Shown: piece by piece, positions 47,390 to 58,422 of the stretch
Layout: each line of letters starts with the position of its first letter
Numbering within the stretch: position 1 is the first letter of the stretch
Origin: Isurus oxyrinchus
Taxonomy: Eukaryota
Direction of reading: 5' to 3'
DNA length: 64,000 bases
Assembly: GCA_026770705.1 (NCBI GenBank)
Contig: JANJGN010000021.1
Span: 48,608,001-48,672,000, forward strand
Program-made: the position numbers and the translations under genes
The notes under the pieces: model-generated
Database searches by the model: none
What the model was told of the DNA's origin: nothing
What the model saw: only the letters and a program-made list of their open reading frames with translations

Positions 47390-50300
47390 TGTGGTAATCT
47401 GAGGTGCAATACATCCTTAAGAGAATGTGAGCAGATTGGCCACGTGACTGTATTACCCAATTGCTGTGTTGAATGGGCTGCAATGCTAATGAGTAGTATA
47501 GAAATAGAACAGGCTCTGGTTCAAGAAGCACGCCATGTGTTTCTGCTCTATTGTTTATAAGAATAGACAGCATGGCTAGAATTTCTCCGTTGGTGAGTTG
47601 GGGGCGGGGCCCACTCGCTGACGCAAAAATGACACGGGATGATGTCGGGAGGAACCCCCGACGCCATCCCGGTCCATTTAAATATTGAGGAAGGCGGGCG
47701 GACAGTGAAATCAGCTGTCCGCCCGCCGACCTGTCAAGGCCAACTGAGGCCATTGGCAGGATAATTAAGCTCATTAAATGCCCTGCCCGTCCAACCTTAA
47801 GGCTGGTGGATCAGCCAGGAGCCCCAGCGGGGAATAGGAAAAAAATGAAACCTCATCCACTGATGGGATGAGGTTTCATGTCTGTTTTAAAAATGTTTAA
47901 TAAACTTTACGTCCTTTTCATTAACATGTCCCATTTTGTGTGACATCATCACATGAGGGGGACATGTTAATAAATTTTTTATTTGTCTATTCTTGATGTC
48001 TCAAAAACTTTCAGTGATCTCCCTGAGACAGTACTTAGTCTCAGAGAGCAGTGAGCTTTCTCGCACGCATGCACCAAAGAGTGCACTTTGACAGTTGGGG
48101 AATCCCTCCCCCCCTGCACAGGAAGCGCATAGCACTTCCCGTCAGGTGGCCTGCCCACTCAAAATGGCGGCAGGGCCCGCTTCAGTGGCTGGGGTCGGCT
48201 GCCTGCCCACCGCCGAGCCGGTGGGGCCCGCCCGCCATCCGAGGTCAAAATTCTGCCCCATGTGTTTCACCTCACAATGGTCTCTTCATCCATATCGTTT
48301 AGTTTACCAACCAACCTGTCAGTAGAGATGCGTGCAGCCGTGTTCACTGAGCAAAGCAGACATACAGTAAGAATATAACAACTGGTGACAAGGCAAAACG
48401 CAACCAGTCGACGACACTATGGCAAACTGAAGCAAATCAACTGTACCTTGCAGGTGCTATGCAAGCACTGCCTTCATCGTAACCATCAGAGTATCTCCCT
48501 TCTATATGTCACAGTTTGGCCATCTCGAGCCGTTTGATCGGATCACCGATGACTGGTCACATTATATTGAATACCTTGTGGCCAATGACATATCGGGAGA
48601 GCAGAAGAGGTGGGCAATAAAACACACAGTCTAATTTGTATTCTAACGGCACCCAGCGCCCCAGATTCCAAGACCAATGACAAATTGGTAAAGCTAGTGA
48701 AAAGCCATTTTCAGCCGAAACCCTCAGTAACAACGCAGCATTTTAAATCCAATCCGAGGTGTCGCGCTCCTAGAGAGACAGTCGCTTGCTATGTAGCAGC
48801 CTAAAACAAGTGACAGAGCACTGTGAGTTCGGGATATCGATTAATGACATATTAAGAAACCGTTTAGTATGTGGGATTAATGAAGACCCTGTTCAAAAAA
48901 GGTTGTCGTCAGAAATGAATTTAGACTTCAGCAAGGTGCTGGAGTTGGCACTCGCAATGGAGAGCGCAGTCAGGGCTTCAGAAGCAATCAGGGGGCACAA
49001 AATGGCACCATGAATCATGTCAGGTGGGAAGAACCAGTTAGAAATGGTGCAAAAGCGCAGGGCTCGACGGAAAGGCGGGGAACAGATGCCATCATCAGAC
49101 CATCGAACAGCATTGGTTTAACAGTTAAGTCTATAACAGTAAGAACAGAAATGGAATCAGGCAGTCTACAAATGAACAACAATTCAAAACAAGTGAACGT
49201 CTCTTCTGCCATCATAAAGGAAACATTATGCGACATTGTAAAGACAGATTAAGACAAACCTTGAAACAAAAAAGTAGAAATCGTAACATTCACATAATTG
49301 AGGAACCAGAAGAAACAGAATAAGATATTTATTCAACATACAACTTAAAAATGGGTAAAGCAGAGCCAATCTATGTGACAGCGGAACTCAAAGGGAAACC
49401 CATCTGAATCGAGGTAGATACAGGGGCATCCTCGACAGTTATAGGGAAACATACATTCAACTATCTAGATAGAGGAGACCACCCATTAAATCTGGAAAAT
49501 TCTGACGCAAAATTAAAAATGTATACTAGAGAAGGCATATGAGCAAGAGGTATATGCAAGTTCCCAGTACAGTATAGAAATCGGTCTATTGATCTACCCC
49601 TAATAATGGAAGGGCTACAAGCTAAAATCCATGTGGATCCTCAGGCAACCCACAAATTCATGAAGGTGAGGCCCGTACCCTTTGCATTGCGAGAAAAGTT
49701 AATGTCGAATTGGACAGGCTGGAAAGGTTGGGAGTCTTACAACCCATACAATTTTCTGAATGGGCAGCGCCCATAGTTCCAGTACTAAAGCCTGACCAGA
49801 GTGTGCGAATATGCGGGGATTACAAGTTGACTGTTAACAATGTTGTTAGTCTAGACAGGCATCCTATACCGAAAATTGTTGAATTGTACTCCAAGCTGGC
49901 AGGTGGGATCGCATATACGAAACTCAACATGATCCACGCTTACCAGCAAGTCGAACTGAAAGAGGTCTCTCGAGACTCGGTCACTGTCAACGCACATAGG
50001 GGTTTATACCAATATACCTGGTTGCCCTTCGGAGTCCCATCAGCACGTGCCATGGAAAATTTGCTCCAAAACTATGTTGTGGTTTATCTCAATGATATCT
50101 TAGTAACAGGACTAACTAATGAAGGACACCTAGCCATCCTGGAAGAGGTGTTGAAGCATTTCTCACAAGCAGGAGTACGTTTGAAATGAGAAAAATGGAT
50201 CTTCCAAGCCAAAGAAGTGGTTTACCTGGGCCATAGGGTCGACTTGCAGGGCCTTCACCCAGTAGAAGAAAAGATGAGAGCTATTCGTGCGGCGCCAGCA

Positions 50301-50679
50301 CCAAAAAACGCCACAGAACTCAAGTCCTTCTTGGGAATCATGAACTACTATGGCTGTTTTCTCCCAAATTTGTCAACAGTACTGGCTCCATTATATGGCT
50401 TGCTCAAGAAAAACCACAGGTGGTTTTGGCAAACTCCACAACCAGAGGCTTGTACAACAGCAAAGCACTTACTACACTCTTCAGCCCTGTCGGTACATTT
50501 TGACCCCAAGTAAGAATTAATGTTGACCTGTGCCATGTCCCCTTATGAATGAACAGCATGTGTTTCACCTCACAATGGTCTCTTCATCCACAGTGTTTAG
50601 TTTACCAGTTCAACACGTCAGTAGATACGCGTGCAGCCGTGTTCACTGAGCAAAGCGAGTAAATAGTAAAAACATGATA
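47390..50679 (+). mobile_element. Gypsy LTR retrotransposon (gag-PR-RT; RNaseH/integrase deleted)
   Basis: 5-bp TSD CATAC (47385-47389 and 50680-50684). 5' LTR 47390-48380 followed by PBS tggtgacaag. Gag MSQFGHLEPFDRITDDWSHY, protease EVDTGASS, RT SEWAAPIVPVLKPDQSVRICGDYK...YLNDILV. Partial 3' LTR ~50548-50679. Confidence 0.92.
47574..48258. mobile_element. PIF/Harbinger-type MITE inserted in the Gypsy 5' LTR
   Basis: TIRs ggctagaattt and aaaattctgccc with 3-bp TSD CAT; the empty site cagcatgtgtttcac is seen in the 3' LTR at ~50554. Confidence 0.9.
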
Positions 50680-50914
50680 CATACCATGGAGTCAGCTGTA
50701 GGCATTGACAACTCTTAAAGTTTGAGTATAGAATTTTTGCCATGAAGGAAGCAACAAGTCCATAAAATGCAGATGGGACAAACTTGTAGGTTAAACATTT
50801 CAGCAGCAATAAAACAAATTGCCTAGGCCTCCTGAGCTGAAATGCCAGGCAGACAGACTGTCTGCTTGCTGTCTGCATAACATTAACTGAAGCACTCATG
50901 TACAATGCAAATGT

Positions 50915-51129
50915 TTGATATCTGAAATAAAAATAGCAGATATGTCAGAAAATGAAAAGAGAATAGAAAGGTTACTATTTTGTGCACAGAACTCTCATCA
51001 AACTTGGCACTAAGAAAGGAACACCTACAGAGGTGATTGATGAAAGGCCACAACCTGAAACATTAACTCTGTGTCTCTCTCCACAGATGCTGCCTGGCTT
51101 GCTGAGTTTTTCCAACATTTTTCTTTTTA
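50915..51129. mobile_element. degraded inverted Penelope 3'-end pair
   Basis: Plus arm tgatgaaaggccacaacctgaaacattaactct...ccacagatgctgcc from 51037; decayed minus arm upstream. Confidence 0.55.
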
Positions 51130-51294
51130 ATGCCTACAGAGGGGTTATATTTTGGATTTTAACTCTAGATATTCCCTGGAGTTTAGTACCTTTGGCCTAG
51201 GCTTTAAATAGACTGCATAATCCCAGTGACCCAGAGTGTATAGTAATCCCAGAGTTGACCAGACAACTCCCAAAACTGCATGTAAACTAAGTTC

Positions 51295-51502
51295 AAACCA
51301 ACTCCCCCTGATGTTCAATGACATTACCATGGTAAAATCCCCAACTATCAATATCCTGGGGATCACCAGTGACCAGGAAATTAATTGGAGCAGCCATATA
51401 ACTACTGTGGCTGCAAGAGCGTGTCAGATGCTGGGAATTCTGTGGTGATCCTCACCTCCTGACACCCCAAACCCTATTCGATATCTTCAAGGCAAAAATC
51501 AG
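51295..51502 (+). mobile_element. LINE fragment (same family as 11495-12720)
   Basis: LPLMFNDITMVKSPTINILGITSDQEINWSSHI. Confidence 0.75.
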
Positions 51503-53611
51503 TAGGACTGGCAGCTCTTCAGTCCCAGCAGTGCTACCAGCCACTGCTGGAAATGCAGCTAGTTCTAAACAGCAAGGATGCAGGAGGACCCAGAATGAAA
51601 GTAAGTTTATTGGACTTTCTGGGGCTAATCAGGTTGTGGAGGGAAGAGAGGGGGCTCTTTAAATGGGGACGGCCCTTGCCACCAGGGCAGCACTCCATGG
51701 GTCATAGACCTGATCAGGAGGCTACCCCACCCTCTCACCTCTTAGCCCACAATGGGGTCTTCAGTTTTTACTATGCACCCTTCACAGATGGTGTAGCCCT
51801 CTCTCCTGTGACCAACCTGCCACTGCTAGAATACCAGCAGTGGCGAAATGAGGCGTTAAACTGGCCCTTAACTGACTTCCCTCCACCTCACCCTCCACAT
51901 TCCCTTCAGAGTCTATGGCTCCCCTGCCTCCTAGCCCACTCCTGAAGGTAGAATTAAATTCTGCACAGTGTCTTGAAAGTTGAAAGAAGTCAACACAAGC
52001 TGACATTGTATCGATGATGTCAAGACTTGTGTTCTTTTGAAATACAGAGAACTTAACTGTGTTTTTCTGTCCTTTTCAGTGTTAGACAAATTATGTTTTT
52101 TATTCAGCAAGCAACAACTTGCAAGGAGTGAGTGATTTGAGGGACTTTGATCGTCCATGGTAGTCCTGGAATGTGTGATCAAGAACAGAAGAAAGGGAGG
52201 GTGTTCTGCTGCTGCTGTGTGTGAATGATAACAATCTAAAGACATCTCCAGCATCAGGTTGATGGAAATGCAGATCTAAGGAAAGTGGATACTGATAATC
52301 CTATGGTTTAAACAAACAGCTCAACATATCATGGTCAATGGACATTGTAGCCTAGGTTGGATTTTGACAGTGCCCTGTCAACAGAATATCCATGCTCACT
52401 TTGGAAAGACAAGTACTCTTCCTGGTCACCAAGGTGATTTGGCACTGTATTCGGAAGTCGCTCTTCAGCAACTTGGTTGGTGAAGAGAGTGCGGCCAACA
52501 GGAGGTGACTTTTTACAGGTGATTGCATGTGTAACTTCTTCTAATGTATTTTTGTATTATATGACATGACCTGAGGGTATAGCTTGTGGGTTTCTGTGGG
52601 AGGGGTGTGGGGGCAAGGAGAGGGGCTCCCTCATTCTAGGACACTCAAAGCCTGATTGAGGGACCTGCCCTCACTTACCTGTGGCTTGGTCCTCAGCGAT
52701 ACTAGGTCTCTGATGGCCACTCTATCCAGCGGGCGAGACCCCATCGCCTGCATTACATGCCTCCCCATTGCTTCTGTTCTTTTCCTTGACCAAACTGCAA
52801 AGTGCCTTTGCAGGTTTTAGTTTTTGTCGAGCTAGTGTATATCAGTAGCTGCTCGTCTGAATGACAGAGACAGACCAGCTGTTGTAAATGGCACTATGCC
52901 TGCAGCACATGTACAGTTACCTCTTCCTCATATGGCCGGCTGTGAACTTATCAAGCCACTCCTGTCCACTTATTGAAAACCAATTAGGCCTCAATTCCAG
53001 CAAAAGAGGGATGGGGCAGTTTCACAGATTGTACATATGCAAAGTTCGCTATAATCACAAATACCTCGCCCCCACCAGTGGCAACTTTAATGAGTCTAAC
53101 GGTCTCTAATATTAATTAAACCTTGACATCCGACCTTGCATTGGTGCTAAAAATCAATCTACTTTTATATTTCATTTCCAATACAGTTAATGTATTATAA
53201 TTTGGGCTGTGATAGTGTACTATGTGGCTGCTGATGTAATCTTCATCCTCCTGCCATGCATGATGTGTCAGCCGGCGCACATTGTGGAGCCTAAAGACTT
53301 GTGAATTGCCTAGCACACAGGATGATTCACATTTGTGAATTGTTCATGGCACCAAGGCTTGGGTATGTGCCATGGGGCTGGATTCTTGAAAAACATAGCA
53401 ATTAATGAAATTAGGGACAGCCTCAGAACATTGATTAGAGAGGTAGGATTTTAAATGAGGCGAGTGCAATGGAGAGGCAAAGTGATTTTCTCCATGGTAA
53501 CAAAAAGTTCTCTCTCTCTCCTCTTCCAGCCTTTGATTTCACCTGATAAAAAGTGTTCAGCAACAAAGCTTGTTGCTTTGGCAAATAATTAACACAACAA
53601 AGAAATGTAAG

Positions 53612-54203
53612 CGTACTGTATTCGCTGCTCCCAATGCAGTCACCTCTATATTAGGGAGGCTAAATGCAAACTGGGTGACCTCATCTTCCGATTAGACACT
53701 TAACAGCCTTCCGGACTTAACATTGAGTTCAACAACTTCAGATCGTGAATTATATCCTCCATCTTTACCTCATTTTTAATCCAATAATGTTTTAATTATT
53801 TATTTATTCATTGTTTTTTTAATATCCTCCTCCCACCACCAACCCCTCCCCCCCCACCAGCTCCACAGGGACATCTGTCACTTGTTTTTACGTTTTGCTT
53901 TCACAGACTGCTGACCCTTGTTCTGCTATTAACACATTCTGCTATCTTACCTTTATGCCACTATCAGCACCTTCTTTAGTCTTTAACACTACCATTACCA
54001 CTCCCTTTGTCCTCTGTTCATGATGCCTATGTCAAATTTCTCCTTCTATTTTGCTCCACCCCCTCTTAAACAATATTAAATCCATCACATTTCTACTTCT
54101 CTTTAGGTCTGAAGAAGTCATACGGACTCAAAACGTTAACTCTCTTTTTCTCTCCACAGTTGCTGCCAGATCGGCTGACTTTTCCCAGAATTTTTTGTTT
54201 TTA
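53612..54203 (+). mobile_element. Penelope-like element 3' part (GIY-YIG with internal deletion)
   Basis: YCIRCSQCSHLYIREAKCKLGD / LIFRLDT*QPSGLNIEFNNFR; hammerhead motif at 54105-54141; flanks aagaaatgta and aaggaatgta. Confidence 0.85.
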
Positions 54204-54484
54204 TGAAGGAATGTACATGTAATTGAAACTTTATATCTGCACTATGCACTGCACTGAAAATTATGCATTTATTCCTTTTATTGTCTTTCTTTCCAGGAAA
54301 TGTAATTGCATTATTATTTTCTATCCAAATATTTTGGCATGATTTAATTTGGATAAATATGGAGCTTGGGGTAATCGCTCCTCCACTGATATTGTGAGTG
54401 CAGAAGAGAAAATCTCTTAAAACAGGAGAACAGGATGTGATCAGGAGATGTACCTGTTAGTCAGCCAGACAAAAAACCCAGGAT

Positions 54485-54624
54485 AAAAGCAAAATACTGC
54501 AGATGCTGGAAATCTGAAACAAAAACAAAAATAGCTGGAAAAACTCAGCAGGTCTGACAGTATCTGTGGAGAGGAATACAGAGTTAACGTTTTGAGTTTG
54601 TATGACTCTTCTTCAGAACTAAAG
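54485..54624 (-). mobile_element. 140-bp Penelope-derived mini-insertion (hammerhead motif plus tail)
   Basis: 14-bp TSD aaaaaacccaggat (54471-54484 and 54625-54638). Confidence 0.85.
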
Positions 54625-55289
54625 AAAAAACCCAGGATGTCTACCTAGTTCATGCCTCTTTTCTTCATAGTTCATAGACTGAATCCTGAATATTTAAAAG
54701 ACTCCATATTCACATATCTCAAGAATAGGGTTTATTGTTCACTCATGATGATATTCTGAAATATGGAGGCAGTCATTTGATGGAACAACATCAGTAGCCT
54801 GTGAAAAATACCACTTGCAAGTTTTTAGGGCTTAATATTTCCAGACATGGTTACCATGAGAGAGCAGAATGTTGAGTTTGACCCTGACAATGGGAGACCA
54901 GGAATCAAGATAACATTCACTGTGCGTCTGAGACTAAATGTCTTCCCCTCTCATTAGGAATATGACAGCTGATGTTATTAGCTTCTCCTTTAAAGAACTG
55001 TTTTTTTACAAACACACCTTGCTAGAGATCAGTTCCATTACCACTGGAGCAATCATGCTATCAAGAGGATAGTAAATTTAACCTCGAGCAACAGTACTAT
55101 GAATGGGTACTCAGTTATTTAGGAAGGCCGACAAACAATTGGCTTTCAAAATACTTCTTGGGCCAAGTCAAAGCATAGTTTTGTTAAACCGTAGCCAATT
55201 GCATTGTATTCCTGATAAATGTTAATTTATCAAGCTAGTCATTTTGGCCCTGCTCGTAGCAGCTGACCAACAGCAATGGCCCCAGTGAT

Positions 55290-56391
55290 GGGGGGTGCAA
55301 CAAACAGTGTTTAGCTATTTGAGAACTAAGGGTATAAAATTGTGTCACAGACTTTGTATTGTCAGAGATCATTGGAAAAGCAACCAGGGTGATCACTCCA
55401 ACATATGCATGAATAAAGACCTTGCTTACTTGAACTCACAGACTTGAGTGGTCTCATCTTTATACCATATTTATAGCCAATCCATCCATCAGTCACCCTT
55501 GTTGGAACTGAAGTGGGGTAATGAAATAATTTGATATTAAAACTGATATTAAGATGCGTATTAACAGCTTTAAAAATAGGCAAGTGTAGTTATGAGCATT
55601 AACAGCTTTAAAGTACACCAGTGCAGCCATGGGAGCTCTTTCTAGGCATGATGGGAAATATAGTCATACGGTGAGAACTAGTTAAGAATCACAAACTGTG
55701 AACCAAATAGCCTTCACAGTCTGGGTTAACAAGGTGTTAAGGAGATAAGGAAACAGACATGGAGTCATTAAGCCACAGGTATGATCACACCCTGCTGAGG
55801 CCAAATGCCAAAACTGTTGGGATAACGGGGCATATCTGCCGAAGAAAGATCCCCCACTCTTGATTAAGTGATGTATGTGTTAAAGCCTTGCCAGTTATGG
55901 ATAATAGGGGTTGTAACAAACAGCGTTTTGCAATGTGAGAACCAAAGGCTGTAAAATTGCACCACAGACTTTGTATTGTCAGAGATCCCCAGAAAAGCAA
56001 CCAGGGTGATCTCTCCAGCATATGCTTGAATCCACCCCCTCCCCACTCGCAGCCCCTCTCTCCACTTCTACACCTCTCCCCCTCACAGCCTCTCTCCTCC
56101 TCACAGCTCCTCTGCCCTCTCGCAGCTCCTCTGCCCTCTCACAGCCCCTCTGCCCTCTCGCAGCCCCTCTGCCCTCTCGCAGCTCCTCTGCCCTCTCGCA
56201 GCCCCTCTGCCCTCTCGCAGCCCCTCTGCCCTCTCGCAGCCCCTCTCCTCCTCAAAGTGTCCCTCTCCTCCTCAAAGTCCCTCTCCTCCTCAAAGTCCCT
56301 CTCTCCCCTCACCACCCTTCTCCCCCTCGCAGCCCCTCTTTGCTTACTGGAAACTCACAGACTTGAGTGGTCTCATCTTTATGCCACAACA
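55290..56391 (+). mobile_element. two adjacent related LTR-like sequences
   Basis: 55290-55468 is repeated at 55905-56031 plus 56340-56388. The first copy has TATAAAA and AATAAA; the second spans tgttg (55500) to caaca (56391). Confidence 0.5.
56032..56340. repeat. CT-rich minisatellite, ~19-bp unit ctctcgcagcccctctgcc
   Basis: About 7 near-perfect tandem units at 56100-56245 plus degenerate flanks. Confidence 0.9.
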
Positions 56392-57104
56392 GAACAGGTC
56401 CATATATTGCTCACATAGATTGTAGAAAATTATAAACATTGCCAGCGCACAAGGCATCAATGAATAATGTAAACTACTGGACTTTGGACCTTCAGTGTCC
56501 ATTAGCATATTCAAAACACCTTCACAAGCACACATCCAGTTGGATTTTTCAATTCTTAAGGAAGAGCAAAATCAGAACTGCATGTACCCAAGGTGCAGCC
56601 TTGTTGGCAGCGGATTTGTTAAAACAGTGAAGTAAGCCCCAGGCCTTCATTTTTATGTGGAAAACATAGGCATCAAGGCAGGATTGCAAGCCATTGTAGA
56701 GTTGGATGACCCTGCTGCTTGCCACAGTCCTTAAAGAGAAAATTTGAATGCCTTGAGTTCAGAAGTGCACACAGGGAGGGGGCATGATCTAAAACTCACA
56801 ATTTAATAGTGACTGCTTGAGCTCTCATTACAGCAGGTGCTGCAATCCTGTAAATTGCTTGCCTGTCAAATACAAACTGTTGTGATATTGCTTTATAGTG
56901 AATGTAATCTAACATAGTGATTAACATACTACTGAATATGTAAATGATTTGGTGTACATCACAGGGGTCCAAATAATTTTATTTGAGGGCTCTTGAGATT
57001 TTCTTGAGGATGACTTTCTGATTTTTGGGGGCTACTCTTTGGTTTTTGGGGACCATTTTTCATTCTCACTAACTCATTTATAATATGATACAGTCACGCA
57101 GTAA

Positions 57105-57482
57105 CATTACCTTCTGTATTTGTGTTGACATATCAGGTATTTGGACTCACACAAAAGCAGAATTAGAAAAATTCATCAATATCCTCAATAATCATCATCC
57201 CTCTATTAAACTTAAAGCCAAATCACACAGAGAAATTTCTACAATCTATGTGAGTAATATATAATTTCCTAGACAACACTGCATTTAAATTGGCACAAGA
57301 AAACAACAGGCAGAAGTTAGCAACAAAAGATTTTTTTCCATATAACACACTTCTGCACACAAATAGCCTTCACCCTAAACATGTCTTCCTCAGACTGGTG
57401 AGGTCAAAGTTAATGTGTTTACCCTGCATATGCACAAAGCTGGAAGATTTTAACTATGTAGTTACAACCCTGATCACTGCAC
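57105..57482 (+). mobile_element. Penelope-type reverse transcriptase fragment (distinct older family)
   Basis: DISGIWTHTKAELEKFINILNNHHPSIKLK..NFLD...LLHTNSLHPKHVF...ICTKLEDF, matching the PLE RT and thumb pattern. Confidence 0.75.
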
Positions 57483-58104
57483 CTCAGATTTCAATCTCAG
57501 GTTTAATCTAACAATCAATCTAACATCAATTGCCCCTTGCAGAAGAGAGTTCCAAACATCTACCCTACTTTGTGTGTAGAAGTGTTTCCTAATTCCACTC
57601 CAGAAAGATCTGGTTCTAATTTTTAGATTATGCTCCCTAGTCCTGGACTCCCCTAAATTAATTGATCATTTACCTCATTACATTTCCCTCATTACAAAAG
57701 TGACTACATTTCCAAAACATTTCACTGACTGTAAAGCACTTTGGGATGTCCTAAGGTCATAAAAAACAGTATAAAAATGCAAGTTGTTCACTACTCTTTG
57801 GGATCTTAGTGTATGAGAGATGCTTGCCTGCTTGTCCTAACACAGTTGCTGCACCTTTAATAATTCACAGTATGTGAAACACTTTGAGATGTGATAACAC
57901 AAAAATGCAAATCTTTCTTATGAAATAAAACTGTTCAGTATTAAATTATTCAATTAACACAGTGTTCATTACACTAGCATCCGTTACATTTTTTTTCCCA
58001 TTCAGTAGCTCTTGAACTTACCATTTGCAAGGAATTCATTACCTCAGTGAATTCAAGCTTTTCTAGTTCCCAGTTAGCTTTGTTGACAGGTTTGAAGCTG
58101 TTCT

Positions 58105-58422
58105 CTCAGCCTTGCAGCCCTTCTCTCCCCTCGCCACTCTCTCCCCTTCACAGCCCCCCTCCTTCTCACAGTCCCTCTCTCCCCTCACAGCTCCTCTCCG
58201 CACTCGCAGCCCCTCTCCCCACTCACAGCCCCTCTCTCCCCTTCCACTTCTCTCTCCCCCACAGGCCCTCTCCTCCTCACAGCCTCCCTCCTCCTCACAG
58301 CCCCTCTCACCCCTTGCCACTCTTCTTCCTCTCACAGTCCCTCTCCCCCTCACAGCTTCTCTCTTCCTCGCAGCCCCTCTCCCCGCTTGCTGCCCCTCTT
58401 CTTCCTCACAGCTCCTCCTCCT
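58105..58422. repeat. CT-rich minisatellite (ctcacagcccctctcc), left part
   Basis: Same motif as 56032-56340; it continues at 63401-63545 on the far side of the CR1. Confidence 0.85.

Noticed and set aside
56100-56245. CRISPR-like repeat array
   Set aside because: Tandem units without unique spacers, in a vertebrate context with no cas genes.
55957-56418. Repetitive ORFs (PLAAPLPSRSPSALSQ)
   Set aside because: Translation of the minisatellite.
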